NCBI GenBank assembly: GCA_020854815.1
Contig: JAHKLW010000005.1
Coordinates: 7,422-71,421 of the forward strand
From: Methanofastidiosum sp.
GTDB lineage: Archaea > Methanobacteriota_B > Thermococci > Methanofastidiosales > Methanofastidiosaceae
DNA length: 64,000 nt
Direction: 5' to 3'
The notes beneath the pieces were generated by a model. The model was not told the DNA's origin. It was given only the letters and a program-made list of their open reading frames with translations, and ran no database searches. The stretch's first letter is position 1; every line of letters starts with the position of its first letter. Both the position numbers and the translations under genes were made by a program. Below, piece by piece: positions 49,942 through 60,195 of this stretch.

Positions 49942-50448
49942 TTGGAGCTACCTTTTTGTGAGATCTGTTTGAAGACCGGAATGCTCTGCCCAGGTTGTAC
50001 TGCAAAGATTAAAGATGGCGAACTTAATGACAACGACCTTGAAATAGCCAAAGAACTTTACAGGCTTTCTCAAGAAAACAAAGGACTTAAAGATGTAAAG
50101 TTCAAGAGAAGTATTAAGGTTGGCAGTCTTATAATTATTCTCATCGAAGCAGGAGAGATAGGAAGTATTATTGGCAAAGGTGGCAATGTAATAAGGGGAT
50201 TAAGTAAAAAATTAAATAAAAAGATAAGAGTTATTGAAGAAAGCAAAGATGTTAAAAAAGTTGCTTCTGACTTGTTATACCCTGCAAAAGTTTATGGTAT
50301 AAACATTGTTTACATGCCTGATGGAACAATAATTAAAAGACTCAGATTAGGAAAAGAATTTGAGCGAAAACTTCCTATTGCAATAAAAAGTGTAAAAGAA
50401 ATACTTTTGTTGATCACGGGCGAGAATGTTGATATTGTATTTGAATAA
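49942..50448 (+). CDS. Zinc-ribbon + KH-domain RNA-binding protein (NusA-like KH type)
   Basis: The tracked start is TTG. The N-terminus has CEICLKTGMLCPGC, and the KH GXXG motif is IGKGGNVIRGL. Confidence 0.45.
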   Translation: MELPFCEICLKTGMLCPGCTAKIKDGELNDNDLEIAKELYRLSQENKGLKDVKFKRSIKVGSLIIILIEAGEIGSIIGKGGNVIRGLSKKLNKKIRVIEESKDVKKVASDLLYPAKVYGINIVYMPDGTIIKRLRLGKEFERKLPIAIKSVKEILLLITGENVDIVFE

Positions 50449-50453
50449 TTTTT

Positions 50454-51569
50454 CTAATACTTTCTTTTTATTATAAAATCGCAAAGGTCAGTTAGAAATA
50501 TTTTTGATTTGTCTTTCATGTTTGGATCTATAGACTCTTTGGCTGCTTTGATTAATCTAGATTCCTTTTCAATACAGTAATCCAAAGCTCCGCAAATTTT
50601 CATTATGTCTTTTATTTCGGCTATGTCTTCAGAAGAAGCATTTCTGTTTCCTAAAATGGCCTTAACTTTCTTCAATTGATTTTCATCTGCTAATTCAAGT
50701 GTTTTAATTACTAATAATGTATTTTTTCCTTCTTTGATGTCGCTGTCAACAGGTTTTCCAGTTGTCCCTTCTTCTCCAAAGACCCCAAGAATATCATCAT
50801 GGACTTGAAATGCTCTTGAAAGATTTATAGAGTAAGTATCTAATGAGCAGATATCTGCCTTCTCAGTGAAAAGAAGGCCAATTTTTAAAGGGTATTTAAA
50901 GAGGATACCGGTCTTGTGGTCTATCATTTCAAAATATTTGTCTTCGTTTCCACCTTTTTGTTCCATCAGAATATCTAATAACTGGCCCTCGTTTAATATT
51001 TTGTACATTTCTCTCTGCATTATCATTGCTTGAGTAACTATCTTATCCTCAAATCCACTTGATCTTATTGCCTTCCCACTTAAAGCATAAAGTATGTTAG
51101 AGCCCAAAACTGAAAGTGCGTAAGAATATCTAGAGATTGCTCTTTGCATCAGAAGTAGTTGAGAAAGCCCATCTTTTTTAATCCAGTTGCCACCCTCATA
51201 ATAGGGATTCAAGTCAAATCTTGTAGATTTCAAAAATTTTTCTGCATATATTGCATTGAATGTTTTTTCTCCATGCCTTACTACGTCTTCATCCATAGCG
51301 TCGTCAAGTATAAGGGAAGAAGAATGAAGAAGCTCAAATGCTATAGATGTTCTTAAAATTTTAGGATTATAGTCTGAATAACCACAATAGGCCATTATAC
51401 ACATTATTGGTCTAAGGCGTTTTCCGCCAAGGAGCGTGTGATGTCTTATATCTTTATAAAAATCACAAAGAGTATCATTATCAATAGATTTTAATTCTGC
51501 TTCAAAAAATTTTTTAATTTCTTCTTCTATATCTTTTTTGAGCTCGCCTGCGACCTTAGCAAAGTCCAT
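50454..51569 (-). CDS. idsA: Polyprenyl (geranylgeranyl/longer) diphosphate synthase
   Basis: The first Asp-rich motif is LILDDAMDED and the second is FQVHDDILGVFG. GKP and EGK blocks are also present. Confidence 0.85.
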   Translation of the reverse strand: MDFAKVAGELKKDIEEEIKKFFEAELKSIDNDTLCDFYKDIRHHTLLGGKRLRPIMCIMAYCGYSDYNPKILRTSIAFELLHSSSLILDDAMDEDVVRHGEKTFNAIYAEKFLKSTRFDLNPYYEGGNWIKKDGLSQLLLMQRAISRYSYALSVLGSNILYALSGKAIRSSGFEDKIVTQAMIMQREMYKILNEGQLLDILMEQKGGNEDKYFEMIDHKTGILFKYPLKIGLLFTEKADICSLDTYSINLSRAFQVHDDILGVFGEEGTTGKPVDSDIKEGKNTLLVIKTLELADENQLKKVKAILGNRNASSEDIAEIKDIMKICGALDYCIEKESRLIKAAKESIDPNMKDKSKIFLTDLCDFIIKRKY

Positions 51570-51654
51570 TGTTGCACCTTTAACAAATTTTTTATTTTTA
51601 GTTTAAATAAGTTTTGAACATAGCTTTTAAAGGGAAATTAATAAATCATTTTAG

Positions 51655-52701
51655 ATGCCAATAAAGAAAACTGATGCTAACTCATTTTACACCGGAAAGC
51701 TACAGAAAGGTTGCAAATTGTGTATTAAAGGTAGGAAATCTGTACTTTTTGTCACTGGAATTTGCCACGTAAATTGTTATTATTGTCCCGTATCGAATGA
51801 GAAAAAGGATAAGGATATCTCGTACATCAATGAGAGAAAAATAGAAAAAAAAGGAGATATTTTAGAAGAGATAAATGCCTGTAGGTCAAAAGGAATCAGT
51901 TTTACTGGGGGGGATCCTCTTCTAAAAATAGACAAATGCCTTGACTATGCTAAACTAATCAAAGAAAATTATAGTGACCACCATATCCATCTATATACAG
52001 GCAGTACTGATAAAACATCTAAAAAGCTATGCAAACTAGAAGGATATGTCGATGAAGTTAGATTCCACGTTAAAAATGAAAAAGAAGTATCCAGACTAAA
52101 GAGCATTATTAATATGGATTATAGTTTTGGTATTGAGATCCCTGTTATACCAGGAGATTTTCAAAGAATTTGCTCGATAATTGAATCGGCATCTTCTGTT
52201 GGCTTCTCTTTTGTCAATTTGAATGAATTTGAATATACAGAAACAAATTGGGAGAATCTTTCTAAAAAGGGTTTTGATTTTGATGACGATACAAGTATGA
52301 TAAAGGGTAGTAAAGATCTATCCCTGAAATTATTAGAGAAGTACAAAAATCTCCCGATATCGATCCATTTCTGCCCTTCTGTTCTAAAGGATGCGATCCA
52401 ACTTAGGAGGAGATGGGAGAGACGGGCAAAGAATACAAAAAAATATTATGAGGAGATTGAAGACTGCCTAATAGTAAAAGGTGAGCTATCAGGGGACATA
52501 AAAGAAATAGTAAACTATCTTAACGAGGAACTTAATATTTCTAAAAAGATGTATGAAGTTCAGGAAAACAAGGTATTCACCCACTGGGCGATAGCAGAGG
52601 ATATATCTGAGGATAAAGAAATATCAAAGAAGATAAAATCAGCAATAATAAAAGAATACCCGATATATAAAAGAGTTATAGCTGAATACATCCCTCTTTA
52701 A
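51655..52701 (+). CDS. Radical SAM protein (PFL-activase-related, COG2108-like)
   Basis: The CHVNCYYC (CX3CX2C) motif lies near the N-terminus, followed by SFTGGDPLL. Size is 348 aa. Confidence 0.7.
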   Translation: MPIKKTDANSFYTGKLQKGCKLCIKGRKSVLFVTGICHVNCYYCPVSNEKKDKDISYINERKIEKKGDILEEINACRSKGISFTGGDPLLKIDKCLDYAKLIKENYSDHHIHLYTGSTDKTSKKLCKLEGYVDEVRFHVKNEKEVSRLKSIINMDYSFGIEIPVIPGDFQRICSIIESASSVGFSFVNLNEFEYTETNWENLSKKGFDFDDDTSMIKGSKDLSLKLLEKYKNLPISIHFCPSVLKDAIQLRRRWERRAKNTKKYYEEIEDCLIVKGELSGDIKEIVNYLNEELNISKKMYEVQENKVFTHWAIAEDISEDKEISKKIKSAIIKEYPIYKRVIAEYIPL

Positions 52702-53816
52702 ATCAACTCATTTTTAGGAATACTAGATGACTTTGGGGATTTTGGTTTTCTATTCAAAGTTCCAAGTAGTACGCCAAATTCCATTGTGACTGCACTAAGC
52801 AGCACTCCAAATATTATGTACATTGAAGGAGATATGTTTGATTTTTTTAATTCGATTTCTGTTTTGACAAGCTCTATCCTTGCATCAATTTCGCTGACTT
52901 TGGCAGTTAATCCAAGCTCTTGGTATGCCAATTTTGCTTTTTCATACTCTTCAAGAGCTTTTGGATAATTTTTCTTTGTGAAGTATTCGTTTCCCTGTGA
53001 ATAATAGTTCTCTGCTTCTTTTACAAGAGCTGAATCTTTAATTGTAAAAGAGATCGATTCAGTAGTGGCTCTCTTATTGCCATATGGATCAAAATACTCA
53101 ACCATTACATCAGTCTTGTAGTTTCCAGCGGGAGTGTCGCCTTTTGCAGCTATTGTTAATGTGACGTTTCGTGACTCTTGTGATCTCATTAGCCCAATTG
53201 ACTCTACATCTAAAGATGTTGTAAAATTGTTAGTTGAAGGAACAGTTAATTTAATATTGTTTCCGTATCCAACGCCATAGTTTGATATCTTAAATGGGAT
53301 CTTTATACTCTGACCCTGAAAGACTTCTATTGGTTGGGAAGATAATTCTACTTTAAGAGTAGGAAATTCTTTAATTACTTTGAATTCAATTTCTTTCATA
53401 AGCAAATAAGGTTTGCATCCTTGTCGGCAATTTCCAATTTCCCCCTTAATCTTTAAGGGTATTTTATAGGTGCCGGCGTCAGCATTATTTTCAATTTGGA
53501 TTGATAGCCTTATACTAGCCTTGTCTTGCACATTAATAGTATGATCCCCATCCCCAGGCACAAATTCTTTTTCGGCGTCTATAAGTTTTACATAATTTCT
53601 AATATCAGAAGGGATTTCATTTAATTCGATTACCCCTTTTAAGTCCCAGAGCATCTCAGAAGTCGTATTATGTAAGTTTACATCAATAAATATTAGTTTA
53701 CCTGGCTCAACTTCCTTAGGATACGTTAATTCTACCTGTGGATCGGCATCTGCTGCACTATACAAAGGTAACAAAATCAAGGAAATAAGCAGTAAAGGTA
53801 AGGCCTTCTTCATCAT
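52698..53816 (-). CDS. Secreted two-domain (CARDB/Ig-like) envelope protein with CxxGCKP motif, TPR-like helix pair and C-terminal TM; paralogue of 25913-26824
   Basis: It has a signal peptide and shares blocks with the paralogue: SEMLWD, GNCRQGCKPYLL, IKIPFKISNYG and YFDPYGN. The helix pair is YYSQGNEYFTKKNYPKALEEYEKA. A TM lies near the C-terminus. Confidence 0.7.
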   Translation of the reverse strand: MMKKALPLLLISLILLPLYSAADADPQVELTYPKEVEPGKLIFIDVNLHNTTSEMLWDLKGVIELNEIPSDIRNYVKLIDAEKEFVPGDGDHTINVQDKASIRLSIQIENNADAGTYKIPLKIKGEIGNCRQGCKPYLLMKEIEFKVIKEFPTLKVELSSQPIEVFQGQSIKIPFKISNYGVGYGNNIKLTVPSTNNFTTSLDVESIGLMRSQESRNVTLTIAAKGDTPAGNYKTDVMVEYFDPYGNKRATTESISFTIKDSALVKEAENYYSQGNEYFTKKNYPKALEEYEKAKLAYQELGLTAKVSEIDARIELVKTEIELKKSNISPSMYIIFGVLLSAVTMEFGVLLGTLNRKPKSPKSSSIPKNELI

Positions 53817-53867
53817 AAATGATAGTATATAATAAGTCTTTTAAGCGTTACCCCATATATTTTTTTA

Positions 53868-55490
53868 ATGAACAGACGTTTTTTCTCGGTTTTTACCTGC
53901 TTGATGCTAATATGCTCGATAAATTTCGTATTAGCGGCTGATGAAAAAAAAGAAGTAACCATAATGATACATCTTTATGAAAAAGAAAACGAAAGTTATA
54001 CCATATCAGGAGATATCTATAATTACGAGATAAGGCTCGTAGATGTAGATGTCTGTGATCCAGACCTATATCTGGGCACTTCTTGTATTAATACTATAGA
54101 ACTTAATATACTTCAGAAACATAAGTATACAAATGAAGTCATTAAAACAGTAGTAGTACCTGACATTGTAAAGGTCAGAGATATCGAAATGAGTAATGAA
54201 TTTGAAGATATTAAATTTGATGCAATATTTGTATTTACAATTTACTTTGACCGTGGTGCTGCAAACTTCAAGATTAATTATACGAAAAAAGATGTTGTGA
54301 GGGGCATGAATCTTGTTTATTCAGGAGAGCTTACCGATACACCACTTTCACTTTATTTTGGAGAGGGGGATAAAGTATACCCAGTGATTGTGAATAGCAC
54401 TGGGGAAAGACTTATTGTTAACGTTAGGGATAATCAAGATTCAAAAACTCTATATGGGTTACCGGATGATATTCTTGCATTTGGTTCAATCATGGTAAGA
54501 GTCATGAACAAAACAGATAATGGTATAAGATTTACAATTTATTCGCCCTCAAACGTGAAGTCATTGGAAAAATCTGAGATCTCGTTGAGAAAAGGAGAAA
54601 CGAGTAATATCGGAGGCATGGACTTTAAGATTTCAGATGCTTCGGCTCTTTCAGCAACAATTAATGTAGATAATCAAGATTATGCAATAAGAAAACGCTC
54701 ATTTAAAGGAATCAGCAATTTTATCTTTGAAGTAAACGATGTAGCGAGGGATACTGTAAAGTTAAACATTTACCATCAGCCATCAGTTTCTATCGTAGGA
54801 TATAACCCAAATGTTAGCCTCACAGTCACGAAAAAACTTGAATCTGAAGAGGGAGATATATTCGAAATACCTTTCACTCTTGCAAATACCGGCAGAGCTC
54901 ACGCAAATAATCTAAAAGTCAATTTACAGAGCTCATCTGGAAACATTGTTGAAGGATCATGGAGTGGTTCACTAAATGTTGGAGAAACTAAAGAACTTAA
55001 ATTTAAAGCAAGATTTGATGAACCTGGAGACTATGTATTAATTTTTAATGTAAATGCAGGCCAAACTACTGAAGGGTTTCAAGAAGAGGTAAGTGTAAAA
55101 TCTAAAGTAACTTCAGTGCTAAAAGAGGGCCCTATGAAATCCCTAATTTTTATAGCTGGCGAATACATCCTAACTCCGGATAGGATTAGATTGGCCCAGA
55201 ATTCTATTAATATCTTTTTATATGTAGGAATTTTATTGTCAAGTTTAATAGTAATAAATTCTGCAAGGCAAAAACTTCCTAACATGGAAATACAACAGAA
55301 AAGGCCTAAGAAGAATATTGTAAAAAGAAAACAGGAAACTAGTAATGTAAATGGCCGGCCCATCAAAAGAGAAGAAGCACCAACTATCAAGAAAAGAAAT
55401 GATGTAGCAATGGGTCAAGAAAGAATAAAACCGCCAAGAGAAAGAAAAGAGGGCGGCATTAAAAAGAAAAGTGTAAAAAAGAGAGAATGA
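53868..55490 (+). CDS. Secreted envelope protein with CARDB-like domain, TM anchor and a roughly 75-aa highly basic cytoplasmic tail
   Basis: It has a signal peptide. EGDIFEIPFTLANTGRAHANNLKVNL is a CARDB-like block. The TM is INIFLYVGILLSSLIVI, and the Lys/Arg-rich tail ends KKKSVKKRE. Confidence 0.65.
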   Translation: MNRRFFSVFTCLMLICSINFVLAADEKKEVTIMIHLYEKENESYTISGDIYNYEIRLVDVDVCDPDLYLGTSCINTIELNILQKHKYTNEVIKTVVVPDIVKVRDIEMSNEFEDIKFDAIFVFTIYFDRGAANFKINYTKKDVVRGMNLVYSGELTDTPLSLYFGEGDKVYPVIVNSTGERLIVNVRDNQDSKTLYGLPDDILAFGSIMVRVMNKTDNGIRFTIYSPSNVKSLEKSEISLRKGETSNIGGMDFKISDASALSATINVDNQDYAIRKRSFKGISNFIFEVNDVARDTVKLNIYHQPSVSIVGYNPNVSLTVTKKLESEEGDIFEIPFTLANTGRAHANNLKVNLQSSSGNIVEGSWSGSLNVGETKELKFKARFDEPGDYVLIFNVNAGQTTEGFQEEVSVKSKVTSVLKEGPMKSLIFIAGEYILTPDRIRLAQNSINIFLYVGILLSSLIVINSARQKLPNMEIQQKRPKKNIVKRKQETSNVNGRPIKREEAPTIKKRNDVAMGQERIKPPRERKEGGIKKKSVKKRE

Positions 55491-56831
55491 TTATCTCCTT
55501 TTTCGTAATGCAATATATATCGCACCTAATAATGTGCCCCCAAGAATTCCAACTTCTTCAAATGGAACATTTTTAGTTTCGCCTTTCGGCTGCTCCACTT
55601 CAGGTGGTTTATCAACAACTGATTTGTTCTCTTCTTCTGGAGTTTCAACTATTTCTTTTTCTTGAAGTAATAAGTATATTCTATTATCATTGGAGCCAAC
55701 GATAATATCCTGTTTGCCATCTTTATTGATATCAATTATGTAAAAAGTTTCAATCCAGCCTTGAGTTTGGAACTTATATTCAGTGCTACCAGTGTTATAA
55801 TCAATAATATAAAGATTATTGTCTTTGCATCCGGCAACTAAATAGTTAGTATTTTCTTCCTTAATTACGTCAATCATGAATATTCTGTCTGGCAGATCGA
55901 ATCTTTTCAGAAATCCGCCTTTTGAGTCAAGAACTATTATTTCTCCATTGTTACCGGCAATAATTACTTCATCTCTGCCATCGTTATTTACATCAAAAAG
56001 TGCTGATGCGCTTGATTCAGTTTCTGTTCTAAATTCCCACATTGACACTAAATTCCTGTTTAAAGAGTAGACAACTGTTCCTTTCCAGTTTTGAGAATCT
56101 TCTCTAAACCAACGGGATACGTGAATAATATTGTTGTATCGGTCAAGATAAAGGTCTCTTAGGATATGTTTTGTTGTGTAAGATTTAGTAAGCTTTCCTA
56201 GACCATCAAGCATGTAAGTATTGTCCCAAGATACGATCATGATTTCGTTTATCCCGTCTTCATTAAGATCCACGATAAGAGACCTAAAGTTATACCCTCT
56301 AGTTTTGTAGTCCCAAAGTAGATTAAGTTCCTCATCAAAAAGATAGACATTACCATCGTCAGCACCAACAAGTGTTTCATAGGTTCCGTTTGAGTCGACA
56401 TCCCCTATATCTACATCAAGTACTGATCCCAAAATAGGTATGATCACAATTTCATTTCCTTGAGAATCAAGGAAGTAAACTAATGCATTATATATCTCTT
56501 TTTGGGAAACAACTCTATTTTCTGTTCCCAAGATAATTTCGTTTCCTTGGGAATCAAGAATATCCATGACTTTCATCATTGAAAAAGAATTATTTGATTC
56601 TAGAGTCCACTTGAGAGTTCCTTTATCGTCTAGACAGAAAAACTTCTTACCGGCTGTATAGGCAAGAATCTCATAATTTCCATCGCCATTTAGATCACTT
56701 GCCATAACGTTTAGTATATCAAATTCATCGTTGTGAATTGATTTACTTTCAAATTCTAAAGACATTGCGGAAGATATTGTTCCAATTGAAAATAGTAAAA
56801 TAATTAATATGGCTATAATTTTAAATTTCAT
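55491..56831 (-). CDS. FG-GAP/VCBS-repeat beta-propeller surface protein with C-terminal TM + RKRR
   Basis: Repeated Ca-binding-like DxNxDGxxE motifs occur (DLNGDGNYEI, DVDSNGTYET, DLNEDGINEI, DVNNDGRDEV, DINKDGKQDI). I prefer the ATG at 56831 (MKFKIIAILIILLFSIGTISSAMS signal peptide) over the tracked start at 56939. Confidence 0.75.
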   Translation of the reverse strand: MKFKIIAILIILLFSIGTISSAMSLEFESKSIHNDEFDILNVMASDLNGDGNYEILAYTAGKKFFCLDDKGTLKWTLESNNSFSMMKVMDILDSQGNEIILGTENRVVSQKEIYNALVYFLDSQGNEIVIIPILGSVLDVDIGDVDSNGTYETLVGADDGNVYLFDEELNLLWDYKTRGYNFRSLIVDLNEDGINEIMIVSWDNTYMLDGLGKLTKSYTTKHILRDLYLDRYNNIIHVSRWFREDSQNWKGTVVYSLNRNLVSMWEFRTETESSASALFDVNNDGRDEVIIAGNNGEIIVLDSKGGFLKRFDLPDRIFMIDVIKEENTNYLVAGCKDNNLYIIDYNTGSTEYKFQTQGWIETFYIIDINKDGKQDIIVGSNDNRIYLLLQEKEIVETPEEENKSVVDKPPEVEQPKGETKNVPFEEVGILGGTLLGAIYIALRKRR

Positions 56832-56981
56832 ATGACCACGAAACAGATTATTTTTTCTTTTATTTAAAACTATTCGTAAATGAGTCAATAAAAATATTAT
56901 AAAAAATATATAGGCCCTATATTTTAAATAAATATCCAAAACTTTTTAAGGATTGATTTTAGAAGGAGTTCAGGTGTAATT

Positions 56982-59423
56982 ATGGCCCAAGACAAGGAAA
57001 ATAAATTAATCCTATTATTTGAAGAGATAGATATAGATGATATTCCTTTTGTAGGTGGTAAGAATGCCTCTCTTGGTGAGATGATAAGAAATCTTAAAAG
57101 CAAGGGGATTAAAATCCCTGAAGGATTTGCCATTACATCTTATGCTTATGATTATTTTTTAAAGAATGCTGGGATAGAGAAAAAGATAAAGGACATTCTA
57201 AAGGACCTTGACACAAACATTTACGAAAATCTTGCAACGCGGGGAGAAAAAATAAGACAGGCCATAATTGAAGCAGAATTTCCTGATGAGTTAAAGAAAG
57301 AAATTATTAAGGCTTATGGAAAGTTAGAAGAAATATATGGTAAAAATGTGGATGTTGCTGTGAGGTCGTCCGCAACTGCTGAAGACCTTCCCGATGCTTC
57401 ATTTGCAGGCCAACAAGAAACTTTTCTTAACATTACCGGCCCAGATGCCTTGATTTTATCATGTAAAAAATGTTTTGCTTCTCTATTTACTAATAGAGCC
57501 ATATCATACAGACACGATAAGGGGTTTGACCATTTCTCAGTCAAACTCTCAATAGGCGTTCAGAAAATGGCTAGAAGTGATACTGGGTCAAGTGGCGTTA
57601 TATTCACTATTGATACAGAGTCTGGTTTTAAAGATGTAGTTTTAGTTACTTCTATTTATGGTCTTGGTGAGAATATTGTTCAGGGTACTGTAAATCCCGA
57701 TGAATTTTATGTCTTTAAACCTACTTTAAAGAAAGGTTACAAATCAATCATCAATAAAAAACTTGGATCGAAACAGAGAAGAATGATTTATTCTGATGAC
57801 CCTAATGAAAGTACAAAAAATATAAGGGTCGATGAAAAAGAAAGAAACAAATTCTCAATAACTGATGAAGATGTCCTAAAACTTGCCAGATGGGCGGTAA
57901 TAATAGAAGATCACTATTCTAACAAAAAAGGTAAACAGACACCCATGGACATTGAATGGGCAAAGGATGGAACTAACGGGGAGCTTTACATTCTGCAAGC
58001 AAGACCTGAAACTGTTCATTCTCAAAGAGATTTCAATACAATAAAGACCTACATCCTGAAAGAAAAAGGGAAAAAGCTTGTGACAGGTCAAGCAGTTGGA
58101 GATCTAATTGGGCAGGGAATGGTCCATATCATAAGGACCCCTAAGGAAATTTCTCTTTTCAGAGAGGGGGAAATCCTTGTAACAGAAATGACAGACCCAG
58201 ATTGGGAACCTGTTATGAAAAAAGCAAGCGCTATTGTGACAAATAGAGGTGGGAGAACCTGCCATGCAGCTATAGTGTCACGGGAACTTGGTATACCGTG
58301 CATCGTTGGAACTGATGACTCAACTGAAGTTTTGTCTGATGGACAGAAAGTTACTGTAAATTGCGCTGAAGGGGAGATAGGTGCAGTATATGATGGGTTA
58401 CTAAAATATGAAGTGGAAGAAATAGATATACAGAAACTTCCAGAAACTAGAACTAAGATAATGATGAACGTGGGAATACCAGAAAAAGCATTCTACCAGT
58501 CACAGATCCCAAACGATGGTGTTGGATTAGCAAGAGAAGAGTTTATTATTAATTCTTACATAGGGATCCACCCAATGGCCCTTGTTAACTTTGAAGAGTT
58601 GAATGAAAAAGCAAGATACGATATGGCTGTTGCAGAAGTTATAAAACAGATAGAAGATAAAACAGGTGGATACGCGGAAAAAACTCACTTCTATATTGAC
58701 AAGCTTACATATGGCATATCAATGATTGGGGCAGCATTTTATCCTAAAGACGTCATTCTTCGTCTAAGCGACTTCAAATCCAATGAATATGAGAATCTTA
58801 TTGGTGGGAAGTTCTATGAACCTAAGGAAAGCAATCCAATGATCGGTTGGAGAGGGGCTTCTAGATACTACGATGAAAAATTCAAGCAAGGTTTTGCCCT
58901 TGAGTGTAAGGCCATTAAGAGGGCTAGAGAAGAGATTGGACTGGATAACATCAAGCTGATGGTTCCATTTTGTAGAACGCCTGCTGAAGGTAGAAAAGTT
59001 ATAAACACTTTGAAAGAGTTTGGACTAGTCCAAGGCGAGAATGGCCTTGAAGTTTATGTGATGTGTGAAATCCCTTCAAATGTTCTTGCCGCAGACGAAT
59101 TCTGTGAGATATTTGATGGATTCTCTATTGGTTCAAATGATCTTACGCAACTTGCCCTTGGTCTCGATAGAGATTCAGAGATTGTTTCAAGCATCTATGA
59201 TGAAAGGAACATTGCAGTCAAAAGATTGATTAAAAAGGCAATTGAAGTAGTGAAATCAAAGAGCAAAAAAATAGGCATATGCGGTCAAGCGCCGTCAGAC
59301 TTCCCAGAGTTTGCATCCTTCCTAGTTGAAAGCGGGATAGACTCAATAAGCTTGAATCCAGACACAGTCATAAAGACTAGACTAAACGTTTGGGAAAAGG
59401 AAAAAGAGATGGGGTTCATATAG
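56982..59423 (+). CDS. ppsA: Phosphoenolpyruvate synthase (pyruvate, water dikinase)
   Basis: The phosphohistidine swivel motif is GGRTCHAAIVSRELGIPC. It has an N-terminal ATP-grasp and a C-terminal PEP-utilising domain (GSNDLTQ). Size is 813 aa. Confidence 0.95.
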   Translation: MAQDKENKLILLFEEIDIDDIPFVGGKNASLGEMIRNLKSKGIKIPEGFAITSYAYDYFLKNAGIEKKIKDILKDLDTNIYENLATRGEKIRQAIIEAEFPDELKKEIIKAYGKLEEIYGKNVDVAVRSSATAEDLPDASFAGQQETFLNITGPDALILSCKKCFASLFTNRAISYRHDKGFDHFSVKLSIGVQKMARSDTGSSGVIFTIDTESGFKDVVLVTSIYGLGENIVQGTVNPDEFYVFKPTLKKGYKSIINKKLGSKQRRMIYSDDPNESTKNIRVDEKERNKFSITDEDVLKLARWAVIIEDHYSNKKGKQTPMDIEWAKDGTNGELYILQARPETVHSQRDFNTIKTYILKEKGKKLVTGQAVGDLIGQGMVHIIRTPKEISLFREGEILVTEMTDPDWEPVMKKASAIVTNRGGRTCHAAIVSRELGIPCIVGTDDSTEVLSDGQKVTVNCAEGEIGAVYDGLLKYEVEEIDIQKLPETRTKIMMNVGIPEKAFYQSQIPNDGVGLAREEFIINSYIGIHPMALVNFEELNEKARYDMAVAEVIKQIEDKTGGYAEKTHFYIDKLTYGISMIGAAFYPKDVILRLSDFKSNEYENLIGGKFYEPKESNPMIGWRGASRYYDEKFKQGFALECKAIKRAREEIGLDNIKLMVPFCRTPAEGRKVINTLKEFGLVQGENGLEVYVMCEIPSNVLAADEFCEIFDGFSIGSNDLTQLALGLDRDSEIVSSIYDERNIAVKRLIKKAIEVVKSKSKKIGICGQAPSDFPEFASFLVESGIDSISLNPDTVIKTRLNVWEKEKEMGFI

Positions 59424-59426
59424 GTA

Positions 59427-60047
59427 ATGTTTGAATCGCTAGTTTCGTCAATCGTTTTAGGTGTCACAGCGGGATTATGCCCCTTAAATCTTTTTTTTAT
59501 TATTCCTATTTTTCCAAAAGTTTTGGGGGTGCGAGCCCCACTTAATGCTATTTTATTTTCTTTAGGTGTGTCTACAATATTTATACCCCTTGGACTTTTG
59601 GGTAATTTTGGAGTTTCTTCAATATTTAATTCAGATACTAGATTAGGATTCTTATTAGGGGCAGTAATATCTATTGCTATAGGGCTAATACTTCTAAGAG
59701 TAATAAAAATTAGTTATATTCTATCAGTAAAAAGAGAGAGAAAATTTTACGGTTCAACTCCATATACGTATGGAATTTCATATGGATTAATAACGATTGC
59801 AAGGGCCGCCCCACTTTTGATATCATTAATATCAATAGTTTCCCTAGAAAAAAATATATTGGTAGCAATAGCTTCCCTTTTGATTTACTCTTTCTTAGTT
59901 GGCATGCCTCTTATTGTAATTTCTTCAGTTTTTGGATTAAAGCGGGTTGAAGATTTTATTAAGAAATACTCAAAGTCATTAGACAGGACAAGTGGCTTGA
60001 TGCTGGTACTAATTGGATTGTATTACCTATATTTATTTCTCTATTGA
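59427..60047 (+). CDS. Six-TM membrane protein, DsbD/CcdA-like (family uncertain)
   Basis: TAGLCPLNLFFIIP in TM1 resembles the CcdA first-Cys context. The second conserved Cys is not evident (RAAPLL). Confidence 0.3.
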   Translation: MFESLVSSIVLGVTAGLCPLNLFFIIPIFPKVLGVRAPLNAILFSLGVSTIFIPLGLLGNFGVSSIFNSDTRLGFLLGAVISIAIGLILLRVIKISYILSVKRERKFYGSTPYTYGISYGLITIARAAPLLISLISIVSLEKNILVAIASLLIYSFLVGMPLIVISSVFGLKRVEDFIKKYSKSLDRTSGLMLVLIGLYYLYLFLY

Positions 60048-60195
60048 TATAAGGTATTTAATGAATTTATATTATTTTAATATAAGAGATAATATAGAAC
60101 AAATTTTATAATTTGTTTTAATTTTTAGTATTATGTCCTAATATAATAGATAAACTTAAATAGGGTTATACTGAACTTCAATAGCCGGATAGAAG

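Noticed and set aside
50454-51569. The second Asp-rich motif of the polyprenyl synthase reads DDILG rather than DDxxD, which could indicate an inactive enzyme.
   Set aside because: As I recall, a DDxLGxFGD variant of this motif occurs in active polyprenyl synthases of several lineages. The first motif and the GKP/EGK blocks are intact.
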